A DNA stretch of 64,000 bases from Turneriella sp. (GCA_965279515.1 CBDIID010000003.1:2464001-2528000), one strand, 5' to 3'; shown: positions 19,724 through 29,601, numbered from the stretch's first letter. The notes: a model not told the origin generated them from the sequence alone. Translations and numbers: made by a program.

Positions 19724-20860
19724 ATGATGCTCGTGGAAATATTAAGAAGAAAGATCGTTCTGCGCTTTTTGATTTCTGCGCTTTACGCAATCCCACTGGC
19801 ATTGCCGATTTCGGCAGGCGTATATACCGACGGTTCATCGGTGATGACCCTGAATGCCGGACAAGATGCTAATTTTGGCGGCAAGATGCCGGACTTACTC
19901 AATACGATCGCCGAGAAATACCAGCTCTCTGCCCTAAACGATATTACGCGGGGCAACGCGACGTCGCAATCTCTGGCAACCATGGGCGCAGGCACGGCAT
20001 ACGCCTCGGGCAATTATACTTTTATCGTGGGCGGCGGTGGGGGGCTGGGAATCAACGCTGTCAACCAGAGCCTCGGCGACGTGTTTACGAAACTCGGTGA
20101 TTTAGGCGGCGACGGCCTGCCGCGCTTTGGTGTTGGCGCACAGCTTTCGGCGATGGTGGGTATGAATCTCGGCAACCTGCGTACCCCGCGTTATCTCGGG
20201 CCCCTGGAGCTTTCGCGCATGACGGTGCTGGTGAATTTTATGAGCGCCTCTTCGAGCAGCCTGACTGGCGGATTGAACCTTTCGGCGACGGTCGCCGGCC
20301 TGCATGTACAATATCAACTTTCCCGTGCGCGCGGCTCTGCTTTTCAATACGGCGAAATTCTGCTGACGACGGGTTTTGATTATTCGCGGCTTGCAGCGAA
20401 CTACGATTCAGCCAACGGCAAGGGGTTGACTGCGGTTTCGATTGGGTCTGGTAGTGCAAGCGACCAGCAACTGACATGGCTACCCACTGGCACGATGTCG
20501 ATCACTTCAGGTTCGGGCACAGTACCCGTCGAAATTTCGACCAGCACCCGGCTGCTCTATTTCTTGTCTCTCTATGTCGGGGCCGGTGCGGATTTCAACG
20601 TCGGCAAAGCCACAACCGATATCAATCTCTCTGGCACAGTAAAAGGTAACAATGGCACTGGTGAAAATGTTGTAGGTTCAGGCTCACTCTCGGTAAGCAA
20701 GTCCGCATCACCGCAATTTGCCAGTGGCCGCGGTTTCGCAGGGGTACAGTTCAACCTCGTACCGGGGCGTACCGGTGGCGTCGTGGGAATTTTTGCACAG
20801 GCGAGCATCACCAGCCTGAATGGATTGGGCGGACAGCTCGGCGTGCGCGCCGCCTGGTAA
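19724..20860 (+). CDS. Outer membrane beta-barrel surface protein, Lsa36-like
   Basis: Signal peptide, Gly-rich amphipathic strands, terminal Trp; P..ISTS.RLLYFLSLY.GAGADF recalled from Leptospira Lsa36-family proteins. Confidence 0.6.
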   Translation: MMLVEILRRKIVLRFLISALYAIPLALPISAGVYTDGSSVMTLNAGQDANFGGKMPDLLNTIAEKYQLSALNDITRGNATSQSLATMGAGTAYASGNYTFIVGGGGGLGINAVNQSLGDVFTKLGDLGGDGLPRFGVGAQLSAMVGMNLGNLRTPRYLGPLELSRMTVLVNFMSASSSSLTGGLNLSATVAGLHVQYQLSRARGSAFQYGEILLTTGFDYSRLAANYDSANGKGLTAVSIGSGSASDQQLTWLPTGTMSITSGSGTVPVEISTSTRLLYFLSLYVGAGADFNVGKATTDINLSGTVKGNNGTGENVVGSGSLSVSKSASPQFASGRGFAGVQFNLVPGRTGGVVGIFAQASITSLNGLGGQLGVRAAW

Positions 20861-20861
20861 T

Positions 20862-21197
20862 TTATTTTCCGGCTTTTTTTGCAGCGGCTTTTGCAGGTTT
20901 AGCAGCGGGAGCTTCGACCTTGGGCGGTGTAACCACCGCAGGTTTTTGCACCTCACCGCTTTTCGGAGCTTCGTCGTCGGCGTGGATGATATTCAGATCT
21001 TTGCAGATAATATCTGAGCCCTGCGTTTTGCACTGCTCGATGCCGGTACTTTCGCTGCGGCCCGACGCTTTTGCCGAAGAATAATAGGTGCGCAGATAGC
21101 CGTTGGAGCCGTCGGAGCCGACATGCGAATTATACTTCACGGCGCTGCAACTTGCTGCCGCAAAGGTCAAAAGGGTTAAACCGAGTTTTAGCGGCAT
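20862..21197 (-). CDS. Small lipoprotein with C-x8-C motif and Pro/Ala/Lys tail
   Basis: Lipobox AAASC; CKTQGSDIIC. Confidence 0.7.
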   Translation of the reverse strand: MPLKLGLTLLTFAAASCSAVKYNSHVGSDGSNGYLRTYYSSAKASGRSESTGIEQCKTQGSDIICKDLNIIHADDEAPKSGEVQKPAVVTPPKVEAPAAKPAKAAAKKAGK

Positions 21198-21397
21198 ACA
21201 AGATCTCCTTTACTATCGGCGACGCAGATGAGTCCCAAAACCGGCCGCGACGAGAACACGCCGTTTTCCACCGCATCGACGCGGTAGATAATTTTATTGT
21301 CTTTATTGCTCAACACTTCAAAATTTGTGATTTCCAGACTGCGGCAGCCCGTGAAGAGCGCGGCTATGACCAGAATAAGGATTATGATTTTTTTCAT
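21188..21397 (-). CDS. Small lipoprotein (69 aa)
   Basis: MKK + hydrophobic core + FTGC lipobox; CVADSKGDLVC. Confidence 0.7.
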   Translation of the reverse strand: MKKIIILILVIAALFTGCRSLEITNFEVLSNKDNKIIYRVDAVENGVFSSRPVLGLICVADSKGDLVCR

Positions 21398-21699
21398 GGT
21401 TTTACATCCTTCTGAAAGTATTCAGGCGCTTGCCAGTACTGCGTGTCGATATTGAGGTTTAGCTCGCGGTCGCATTTGAGATCTTCGCCGCGCAGCTTGC
21501 AGTTGAGAATTACCGGAGTCGTGGAACTAAAAAGAATCCGTGACTGCACTTTAATCGCCTGCACATAGACGGTTCCGTCGGCACCAGGTACGGTGCGCTG
21601 GTACTGGTAGCGCGGTTTACCCGTCGCACAGTTCAGCGCCGCAAGACTCAGGACTAAAACAGCAAAACCGTAAACCTTTCGCATAGCGCCGACTCTCAT
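21394..21699 (-). CDS. Small lipoprotein
   Basis: Lipobox ALNC; CKLRGEDLKC; 4-nt overlaps with neighbours. Confidence 0.7.
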   Translation of the reverse strand: MRVGAMRKVYGFAVLVLSLAALNCATGKPRYQYQRTVPGADGTVYVQAIKVQSRILFSSTTPVILNCKLRGEDLKCDRELNLNIDTQYWQAPEYFQKDVKP

Positions 21700-22925
21700 T
21701 TCGCCCCCGCTTTGCCGAGCATTTCCACGATATCATTGCGCCCTTTGCGGCGCGCGGCTTCGATTGCCGTAAAGCCATCCCAGGTCTTGATGTTGACGTT
21801 TGCGCCAGCTGCAATCAGGTCGGCGAGAATTTCGCTGTGGCCCTCTTGTGCGGCATATAGCTGGGCGGTAAAACCGTACAGATCTTGCAGCGCACTGTTG
21901 GCCTTGCGGGCAATGAGCGCCTTCAGGGGTAATGCGCGCGCTTTGAATGCTGCCTGAATCAGAGGTGTCTTACCGCCGCCGATGCGGAAGTTCACGTCGG
22001 GCGCAACCTGGATAATCGCCACGGCAGTTGTGTCGTTGGCAAAGTTGATGGCATCCATGATATCGGCCTGATAGTCAGCGCCTGCTTTAATCAGAATCTC
22101 AGCAAGTGCGGTATGCCCCGCAGCTGCGGCAATAGCGAGCGGCGTGATATCGCCGCGGTCGCGCGCATTGACATCCGAAATCAATGCCATCTCCGAATTT
22201 TTCAGGCGGATGGCAAATTCGGCCGACGTATAATCTTTGATGCGGCTGACAATTTCCGCCGCGACCTGATTCAAGGCATCGAAGATATTGACGTCGAGGC
22301 TCGCGGTGATCTGGCTTTCGACGATAAGTTTTTTATCGGCGGGCGTAAAAACCTGTGTCGTAATGACAGCCTGTTTGCCGCCGGGAAGTGAGGTATACGA
22401 GCCGCTGATGATTACAGCTGCCTGGGTTTTTTCTCCCAGCTGGGTCAGTAGTTCGGGAGTATATTCGGTTTTCTTACCGATGACGCTGTCAGCCGCTTTT
22501 TGGGTCTGCTTTTCCGCTTTGCGTTTGAACTCAAAATTCTCGGCCATGAGCCCCTGTATCGCATCGGGCAGGCTGGCGCCGATCCAGCCATAATTTTTCG
22601 AACCGGTGTTGTTGAGGTAGTTCAGAATCGCGACACCTTCACGACTGGATTTTTTTGCCGCGAGCACAGCCTTGGGTTGCAGCAGCGCTTTCACCGCATC
22701 GGCATTCCCCGAAGCTGCGGCGAGATGCAGAGGCGTACGGCCACGCTCATCCTTCGCCAACGGATCTCCACCAGCGAGGACAGCCTGTTCGATACCTGCG
22801 GCATCGCCGGCGGTGGCGGCTTTTTTCAGGTCGGCGGTGGGGCCGGTCTCGGCAATCTTTTGTGTGCTGGAGCAACTGAGGATAAAGAGCCAAAACAATG
22901 TGGTGGGCAAGTAAATAGCGCGCAT
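21696..22925 (-). CDS. Ankyrin-repeat lipoprotein with inserted TolB-N/CsgG-like domain
   Basis: Lipobox ILSC; GRTPLHLAA, TPLAIAA, TPLIQAA repeats; central VAILNYLNNTGSKNYGWIG...IISGSY domain. Confidence 0.85.
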   Translation of the reverse strand: MRAIYLPTTLFWLFILSCSSTQKIAETGPTADLKKAATAGDAAGIEQAVLAGGDPLAKDERGRTPLHLAAASGNADAVKALLQPKAVLAAKKSSREGVAILNYLNNTGSKNYGWIGASLPDAIQGLMAENFEFKRKAEKQTQKAADSVIGKKTEYTPELLTQLGEKTQAAVIISGSYTSLPGGKQAVITTQVFTPADKKLIVESQITASLDVNIFDALNQVAAEIVSRIKDYTSAEFAIRLKNSEMALISDVNARDRGDITPLAIAAAAGHTALAEILIKAGADYQADIMDAINFANDTTAVAIIQVAPDVNFRIGGGKTPLIQAAFKARALPLKALIARKANSALQDLYGFTAQLYAAQEGHSEILADLIAAGANVNIKTWDGFTAIEAARRKGRNDIVEMLGKAGAK

Positions 22926-22990
22926 ACAGCAGTGCGGGGGTCAAAAAACACAGCGTCAAGCCGTCTCCGCGGGAAAAAAATCGCAAAATC

Positions 22991-23018
22991 TGTCACAAAC
23001 GGAAATCTCTTGTATCTA
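22991..23018 (+). promoter_or_regulatory. Putative ECF-sigma promoter (TGTCACA-n16-ATCTA)
   Basis: Sits just upstream of the DUF1304-ECF sigma operon; resembles TGTCACA...CGTC(TA) ECF promoters. Confidence 0.5.
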
Positions 23019-23026
23019 ACTTTGTA

Positions 23027-23401
23027 ATGAAAACAACAGCAAACATTCTCACCGGCTTCGTGGCCTTCATCCACTGCTACATTCTGGTGCTCGAAAGCTT
23101 TCTCTGGAAAAGTGCCTATGGCATGAAAACCTTCCAGCTCACCCCAGAACGCGCCGAACTGACAGCCGTCATGGCACAGAACCAGGGCGCGTACAACGGC
23201 GTCTTAGCCGTGGGCCTGATCTGGAGCTTCTTCGTCGCAAACCCTGAATGGAAGCGCAACATCCGCACATTCTTTTTGCTCGCCGTCTTTGCGATGGGCC
23301 TTGTCGGCGCTGCCACAGCGATGGTAAAGATTCTGTTCATCCAGTCGGTGCCGGCTCTTCTGGCGCTCATTGTGGTGAGACTGGCATACCGCAAAGCCTG
23401 A
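23027..23401 (+). CDS. DUF1304 family membrane protein
   Basis: VAFIH.YILVLE..LW, NQGAYNG, Q..PALLAL motifs. Confidence 0.9.
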   Translation: MKTTANILTGFVAFIHCYILVLESFLWKSAYGMKTFQLTPERAELTAVMAQNQGAYNGVLAVGLIWSFFVANPEWKRNIRTFFLLAVFAMGLVGAATAMVKILFIQSVPALLALIVVRLAYRKA

Positions 23402-23406
23402 ATAAC

Positions 23407-24237
23407 GTGAGTTGGATTGATACCGGCAACGACGAAGTTTTAGCCGCGGTCGGGGGTAACTCCGCCGCGCTCGAACGCATTCTGCAAGCGACGCAGGAAC
23501 CGGTATACAATCTCGCCTTAAGATTCCTCTGGCACCCGCAAGACGCGCAGGACGCGACACAGGAAATTCTCATCCGCATCATGACGAATCTTTCGGCGTT
23601 CCGCGGCGAGAGCCAGTTCGGTACCTGGGCCTACCGCATCGCGGTGAACCATTTGCTGCGCGCGAAAAAGTCGCGCGCGGAGCGGCGTGAAATTTCTTTC
23701 CGCGGCACTGCGATCGAAATGCAAAAACTCGATCCCGAACCGCTCGGCGAAAACGACGCCGACCGCATTTACGATATCAAGATCGCCTGTACGAATGGCA
23801 TCCTACTGGCGCTCAGCCGCAACTACCGCATCGCTTTTGTGCTCGGCGCTGTGATGGAAATGAAGAGCGAAACGGCGGCCGACATACTCGGTATCTCGGC
23901 GGCAAGTTTCAGGCAGCGCCTCAAGCGTGCGCGCACCGCGATGGCAGAATTTCTCGGCAGGCAATGCGGTCTTGTAAATTCTGCGGCCGCCTGCCGTTGT
24001 AGCAAGCGTGTGCGACCCGCAATGCAGCGCGGCGCAATCGAACCTTACATTGCTCTGGCCGCAAGTATGAAACGCAGCGGCGAATTTCAGACGATTGAGA
24101 AAAACCTGAGCGGCGAAATCTCAACCATCGAACGTACCGTCATGCTCTACCGACAAAATGCGGAATACCGCTCACCGGAAATCCTGAACCGCAAGGTGCG
24201 CCAGGTGCTCTCCGGAAATCTATTCGCCTCTGAATAA
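23407..24237 (+). CDS. ECF RNA polymerase sigma factor with Cys-rich C-terminal extension
   Basis: DAQDATQE, F.TWAYRIAVN (region 2); region 4 HTH; CGLVNSAAACRC; GTG start at 23407 preferred over ORF-track start. Confidence 0.9.
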   Translation: MSWIDTGNDEVLAAVGGNSAALERILQATQEPVYNLALRFLWHPQDAQDATQEILIRIMTNLSAFRGESQFGTWAYRIAVNHLLRAKKSRAERREISFRGTAIEMQKLDPEPLGENDADRIYDIKIACTNGILLALSRNYRIAFVLGAVMEMKSETAADILGISAASFRQRLKRARTAMAEFLGRQCGLVNSAAACRCSKRVRPAMQRGAIEPYIALAASMKRSGEFQTIEKNLSGEISTIERTVMLYRQNAEYRSPEILNRKVRQVLSGNLFASE

Positions 24238-24309
24238 ACCTGAACGATTGTTCATTTTTATCTTTACAAAGAGTCACCACCGGTTCCGAATGTGCCGGAG
24301 GACAAACCG

Positions 24310-25329
24310 ATGAGCGCAACACTTACCCTCAGTGAAAAAGACCGCGGCAGTAAAATTATCCAGTGGATTCGTTTTACCGACAAGCGGCTGAGGCGCAGGC
24401 ATCCCTTTCTCACGCGTTTTCAAAACCAGATCGGTCTCGCAATCACGCTAGGCTCTGCGGCGGGTATGATCGGCTTTGCGGCTCTCTACATTGTGGGATG
24501 GATTCCCGCGTGGCTGTGCATCACCGCGAATGCGGTCTTCGCCTCATTTCTGCACGAGATGGAACACGATCTCATCCATTCGCTATACTATAAAGAGAAT
24601 CTGAAGATGCAGAACTTTTTGTTCTGGATGGTGTGGCTATTCCGCGCGAACGTGGTCAATCCCTGGTTCCGGAAGGAAATCCACCTATTGCATCACCGTG
24701 TTTCAGGCAATAAAGAAGATGTCGAAGAGCGTTATATTTCGAATGGCATGCCGTTTGGTTTGAAGCGCCTCATGGTGATGCTCGACCCGATCATGGCGCT
24801 GAAATTTCAGGGGCCGCCGATCAAACGCGATGCAATTCTGCAACTGCGCAAAATCAAGGCGCCGCACAAAATTGGCCCGGTGCGCGAGATCTTCATGCTG
24901 CTCTGGTACTCATTCTTAATCTTCAGTCTCGTGCGCCTCGGCTTTTGGATTGCTGGTATGCAAATGCCTCTGCCTGCATGGGCGAATACTGCCGCAAATA
25001 TTCTCAATACGGCCGCCGTTGTTTACCTCATCCCATGCTGGCTGAGGCAAACTGCGATCCAGATTGTTTCATCCAACATGCACTACTACGGGGGCATTGA
25101 CTCGCTGTACCGGCAGACCCAGGTTCTGGATTCATGGCTGGTCTTGCCGCTGCACGTGTTCTGTTTCAATTTCGGGGCGACGCATGGTATTCACCACTTT
25201 GTCGTCAATCAGCCATTCTACCTGCGGCAATGGACGGCTCCGTACGTGCGGCCAGCGATGCGCAAGTACGGTGTGCGTTTCAACGATTTTAAGAGCATGC
25301 TGCATGCGAACCGCTGGCAAGAGGCCTGA
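24310..25329 (+). CDS. Membrane fatty acid desaturase family protein
   Basis: His boxes HEMEHDLIH, HLLHH, HGIHH. Confidence 0.9.
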   Translation: MSATLTLSEKDRGSKIIQWIRFTDKRLRRRHPFLTRFQNQIGLAITLGSAAGMIGFAALYIVGWIPAWLCITANAVFASFLHEMEHDLIHSLYYKENLKMQNFLFWMVWLFRANVVNPWFRKEIHLLHHRVSGNKEDVEERYISNGMPFGLKRLMVMLDPIMALKFQGPPIKRDAILQLRKIKAPHKIGPVREIFMLLWYSFLIFSLVRLGFWIAGMQMPLPAWANTAANILNTAAVVYLIPCWLRQTAIQIVSSNMHYYGGIDSLYRQTQVLDSWLVLPLHVFCFNFGATHGIHHFVVNQPFYLRQWTAPYVRPAMRKYGVRFNDFKSMLHANRWQEA

Positions 25330-25377
25330 TTCGCTAAAAGCTCTTTACGCTATCCGTAGCGTCGCGGGATGTCGGCC

Positions 25378-26307
25378 ATGAAGAAAAAGCTACTCATAGG
25401 CCTCGGAACAATCGCCGCGGCTTTCGCGGTTGTTTATTTCTTTTTCCCGGGCACGCTGTTCGGTGTGGTTGCGAAACTCGAACGCAACCGCGCCAACGTC
25501 ACTGTGAAGAAAATCGACGCGGGCGGCTGGCATACCCCGTACATCGAAGGTGGCCAGGGTGAGCATGTCATATTACTCCACGGTTTTGGCGGCGACAAAG
25601 ACACCTTCACCCGCTTTGCCCGGTTTTTGACGCCCAAATACCATGTCGTGAGCCCCGATCTGCCGGGCTTCGGCGAGAACGAACGCCGGCCGAGTGAGAA
25701 ATACTCCATAGCCGATCAGGCAAAACGCGTGCTGGCATTTGCTGCCGAACTCAAACTCGAAAAATTCCATCTCGTGGGTAACTCCATGGGCGGCCATCTC
25801 GCTGGTATTATCGCCGCCGATGCACCCGGCAAAGTTCTTTCGCTGACACTCATCGATAATGCCGGCATCCATGCGCCGCGGCCATCAGAGCGCGACGAGC
25901 TACTGAAGCAGGGCAAGAACGCGCTCGTCGTCGATTCCGAAGAGGATTTCGACCGGCTCATGGATTTTCTGTTCTTCAAACGGCCGTTTATTCCGAGGCC
26001 AATCAAAAAATATTTTGCCCAACGGGCGCTGGCGAGCCGCGAATTTAACCTGAAAATCTTTAAAGACCTGGGAGAAGATAAGTTCTACCTCGAAAAACGT
26101 TTCGCCGATATCAAGGCCCCCATCTTAGTGATCTGGGGCGACCACGACCGCGTGCTCGAAATCTCGAGCATCGACGTCATGAAAAAGATCAATCCCGCGA
26201 TCGAGGTCAAAATCATGAAAGACTGCGGCCACACGCCGCAGATCGAACGCCCTGAAGAAGCCGCGCAGCTGACGGAAAAATTCATGGCACAGACCCGCGC
26301 ACATTGA
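25378..26307 (+). CDS. Alpha/beta hydrolase (lipase/esterase)
   Basis: LLHGFGG, GNSMGG nucleophile, WGDHD, CGH. Confidence 0.93.
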   Translation: MKKKLLIGLGTIAAAFAVVYFFFPGTLFGVVAKLERNRANVTVKKIDAGGWHTPYIEGGQGEHVILLHGFGGDKDTFTRFARFLTPKYHVVSPDLPGFGENERRPSEKYSIADQAKRVLAFAAELKLEKFHLVGNSMGGHLAGIIAADAPGKVLSLTLIDNAGIHAPRPSERDELLKQGKNALVVDSEEDFDRLMDFLFFKRPFIPRPIKKYFAQRALASREFNLKIFKDLGEDKFYLEKRFADIKAPILVIWGDHDRVLEISSIDVMKKINPAIEVKIMKDCGHTPQIERPEEAAQLTEKFMAQTRAH

Positions 26308-28841
26308 AACCGGTAACCGTCACTTCGGCAACCCCGGTATTTTCTGCGCAGCCTGCCGCAGAGGTACTGGCACAGCTCGAGACCCGCAGTGATGGGCTGA
26401 CCAGCAGCGAGGCGACTGAACGCCTCAGCCGGTTCGGGGCAAACCGCCTCAAGCCGAAAAAAAATTCGCAGAGCCTGGCTATCCTCATCGGGCAATTCAA
26501 AAGCCCAATCATTATCATCTTATTATGCGCAACGATACTCTCATTCGTGTTGCGCAACCCCGTCGATGCGTTGATTATTCTCACCATCGTGATCGCCAGC
26601 GGCTTTATGGGCTTCTGGCAAGAGCGCGGCGCGTCGAATGCCGTCGCGAAACTGCTGGCGATGGTGCAGATCAGGGCGACAGCGCTGCGTGACGGGGCAC
26701 CGGTCGAGATTCACGTGGAAGACATTGTGCCCGGTGACGTCGTCAAACTCAATGCCGGGGATATCGTGCCCGGCGATTGCCTGCTCATTGAATCCAAAGA
26801 TATTTTCGCCGACGAGGGTACACTGACGGGCGAGACCTTTCCCGTAGAGAAATCCCCGGCGACCGTCACGGCGCAGACGCCGCTCTCGCAGCGCAGCAAT
26901 ACGCTGTGGATGGGTACACATATCGTCAGCGGCACGGGGCGCGCCGTGGTTGTACATACGGGTAAGGATACCGAGTTCGGCCGCATCTCCGAGCGGCTGC
27001 AGAGCAAGCCACCCGAAACCGATTTTGAACGCGGTATCCGCAGGTTCGGCTACCTGCTCGGTGAAGTCACGCTGATTCTCGTCGTTGTAATCTTTGCCAT
27101 CAACGTCTACTTCGAGCGGCCCGTGCTCGAATCGTTTCTGTTTTCCCTGGCGCTGGCGGTGGGGCTCACGCCGCAGCTCTTACCCGCGATTATCAGCGTC
27201 AACCTCGCGCATGGCGCAAAAAAAATGGCGGAAAAAAACGTCATCGTCAAACGGCTGTCTTCGATCGAGAATTTCGGCAGCATGAATATACTCTGCTCCG
27301 ATAAGACCGGCACACTCACGGAAGGTGTAGTTCACCTGAAAGCCGCGCTCGATACAAACGGAAGCGCCAGCGAGCGCGTCTTTCTCTACGCCTACATCAA
27401 TGCGTTTTATGAAAGCGGTTTTACGAACCCCATCGATACCGCGATCCGCAGCCATAAAACTCTCGACCTGACAGCCTACCCCAAGGTGGATGAAATTCCC
27501 TATGATTTTATTCGCAAACGCCTGAGCATCGTCGTCACCCACGAAAACAAGCGCCTGATGGCTACCAAGGGGGCATTGGCCAACATTCTGGAAGCCTGCA
27601 GCTTTGCGGAGGTTAAGGGCGGCGGCGTTGTTCCTATTGACTCTGTGCGGGAAAATATCGATCAGCAGTTCTCTGATTTCAGCGCACAGGGATTCCGCAC
27701 GCTGGGAATCGCTTTCAAGGAACTGCCCGATGAAGACGGCATCCAGAAAGACGATGAAAGCGGTATGACCTTTCTGGGTTTCCTTACATTATTCGATCCG
27801 CCGAAAGAAAATATCGTCGAGACCATTGCGGACCTCAGGGGTCTCGGCGTTTCGCTGAAAGTCATTACGGGGGATAACCGTCTCGTGGCGCAAAGCCTCT
27901 GCGCGAAGATGGGCCTCTCGCATGTAAATCTCGTCACGGGTTCAGACTTGCGTGACATGGGCGACGACGCTCTCGTGAACCGCGTCAGGGACACCGATAT
28001 CTTCGCGGAAATCGAACCCAACCAAAAAGAGCGGATTATCCTCGCGATTCGTAAGGGCGGTCATGTCGTGGGTTACATCGGCGACGGCATCAACGACGCT
28101 GCGGCGCTGCATGCCGCCGATGTCGGCATCTCTGTCGATACCGCGGCCGACGTCGCTAAAGACGCGGCCGACATCGTACTGCTCGAAAAAACCCTCGATG
28201 TTCTGATCGCCGGCGTGCGCGAAGGGCGCACCGTGTTTGCGAATACGCTGAAGTATGTCTTCATGGCAACCAGCGCCAACTTCGGCAATATGTTTAGCAT
28301 GGCAGGTCTTTCGTTTTTTATACCGTTTCTGCCGCTTTTGCCGAAACAGATTCTGCTCACGAACCTGCTCACAGACTTTCCCGAAATGACGATCGCCACT
28401 GACCGTGTCGATGAAGAGATGATCAACCACCCGCGCCGCTGGGACATCAAGGCAATCCGCAAGTTTATGATCACCTTTGGCCTCGTCAGTTCCATCTTTG
28501 ATTACCTGACATTTGGCCTGCTGCTGCTTTTTCTGCGTGCCAGCGAAATTGAATTCAGGACCGGATGGTTTGTCGAATCCGTTGTTTCGGCTTCACTGAT
28601 TGTGCTCATCATACGCACACCAAAGCCGTTCTTCAAAAGCCCGCCGGGCAAATACCTGCTGCTTGCAACGCTCGCCACGGTCGCAGTGACAGTAACGCTA
28701 CCCTTTACACCGATCGCGCCCTTTTTCGGCTTTGCTCCCCTCAGCCTCAAAACATATGCGTATCTCTTTTTAATAGTCATTGCGTATTTCGCCGTCGCTG
28801 AAGTCGTGAAGACGATTTTCTACCGCCGGGTACGGCTTTAA
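26304..28841 (+). CDS. mgtA: Magnesium-translocating P-type ATPase
   Basis: DKTGTLT, LAVGLTP, TGDN, GDGIND, SANFGNMFS. Confidence 0.92.
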   Translation: MKPVTVTSATPVFSAQPAAEVLAQLETRSDGLTSSEATERLSRFGANRLKPKKNSQSLAILIGQFKSPIIIILLCATILSFVLRNPVDALIILTIVIASGFMGFWQERGASNAVAKLLAMVQIRATALRDGAPVEIHVEDIVPGDVVKLNAGDIVPGDCLLIESKDIFADEGTLTGETFPVEKSPATVTAQTPLSQRSNTLWMGTHIVSGTGRAVVVHTGKDTEFGRISERLQSKPPETDFERGIRRFGYLLGEVTLILVVVIFAINVYFERPVLESFLFSLALAVGLTPQLLPAIISVNLAHGAKKMAEKNVIVKRLSSIENFGSMNILCSDKTGTLTEGVVHLKAALDTNGSASERVFLYAYINAFYESGFTNPIDTAIRSHKTLDLTAYPKVDEIPYDFIRKRLSIVVTHENKRLMATKGALANILEACSFAEVKGGGVVPIDSVRENIDQQFSDFSAQGFRTLGIAFKELPDEDGIQKDDESGMTFLGFLTLFDPPKENIVETIADLRGLGVSLKVITGDNRLVAQSLCAKMGLSHVNLVTGSDLRDMGDDALVNRVRDTDIFAEIEPNQKERIILAIRKGGHVVGYIGDGINDAAALHAADVGISVDTAADVAKDAADIVLLEKTLDVLIAGVREGRTVFANTLKYVFMATSANFGNMFSMAGLSFFIPFLPLLPKQILLTNLLTDFPEMTIATDRVDEEMINHPRRWDIKAIRKFMITFGLVSSIFDYLTFGLLLLFLRASEIEFRTGWFVESVVSASLIVLIIRTPKPFFKSPPGKYLLLATLATVAVTVTLPFTPIAPFFGFAPLSLKTYAYLFLIVIAYFAVAEVVKTIFYRRVRL

Positions 28842-28877
28842 TAACCAGCGCGAGACAGCGATAGGAATGCGTTCAGG

Positions 28878-29378
28878 TTACCAATAGCTTTCTATAGCAA
28901 AGTATGCGCAGCTTAAGTTACGGTAAAACGGCCTGGCACGAGCGTTCACGGCAAAGATTTCTATACTTTCGGTGAAACGGATGCCTTCCCACGTTAGTTC
29001 CGCATTTGTAACAAAATGCCAGCTGTGTTTTTCCATAGCTAATGTCACAAGATATAGCTCAATCGCCAGCCGGACAAACGCCGTGATTGTCAAACCCAGC
29101 TCCATCGCCGCGAGACGAATAATCTTTTCATCCTCTCCATAAAGACACATCATATGGCGGTGCATATCCTGCGCGATAGCAAGCCCCTCCTTAACACCCG
29201 TCTCAACTTGACGCAGCTTGGGCGTCCAGCGCAAGGAGCACTTATGCGCTAAGCGCATAGTGCAATAGCGTGTTATCGTTGAGTAGGTACGGCGGCGTTG
29301 CCATGAGGTCAGCTTAATCCGGTTCCAATGGATGGGAGCCAAACATACTTCGAGAAGGTGGGTGAAAAGATGCGCCAC
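28878..29378 (-). CDS. Hypothetical protein with RHH-like segment (start uncertain)
   Basis: 166-aa ORF; EKIIRLAAMELGLTITAFVRLAIE resembles a ribbon-helix-helix segment. Confidence 0.5.
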   Translation of the reverse strand: MAHLFTHLLEVCLAPIHWNRIKLTSWQRRRTYSTITRYCTMRLAHKCSLRWTPKLRQVETGVKEGLAIAQDMHRHMMCLYGEDEKIIRLAAMELGLTITAFVRLAIELYLVTLAMEKHSWHFVTNAELTWEGIRFTESIEIFAVNARARPFYRNLSCAYFAIESYW

Positions 29379-29442
29379 GATCTTGGCGTGCTTTTCAATT
29401 TTTATTTACGGCGCATCCCGCAGGCAAAAAATAATCCGTCTC

Positions 29443-29526
29443 ATGGTTAACAAACCGCAAGCACTTTGGCTAGTACCTGTAATGGTGGTCGTCGTGGTCG
29501 TGGTTATGCACGCCGTTGGGGCATAG
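29443..29526 (+). CDS. ilvB leader (attenuator) peptide MVNKPQALWLVPVMVVVVVVVMHAVGA
   Basis: 27-aa ORF with 7 consecutive Val codons ending 78 nt before ilvB. Confidence 0.85.
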   Translation: MVNKPQALWLVPVMVVVVVVVMHAVGA

Positions 29527-29534
29527 GTAATCTA

Positions 29535-29601
29535 TCCCCGCGGCGCCAGCCAGCGGGGACCCCACACAAACCACCGCTCGCTTGGCCCTCGGGAAAGAGG
29601 G
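29535..29601 (+). promoter_or_regulatory. Attenuator hairpins including an SD-sequestering stem
   Basis: tccccgc/gcgggga stem (29535-29559); ccctc/gaggg stem (29586-29601) covering the ilvB SD. Confidence 0.6.

Noticed and set aside
19386..19872. Short ORFs in the intergenic region before the Lsa36-like gene
   Set aside because: No motifs; they overlap the structured element or the real gene out of frame
23248..23406. N-terminal extension of the ECF sigma factor
   Set aside because: Overlaps the DUF1304 gene out of frame; no sigma similarity
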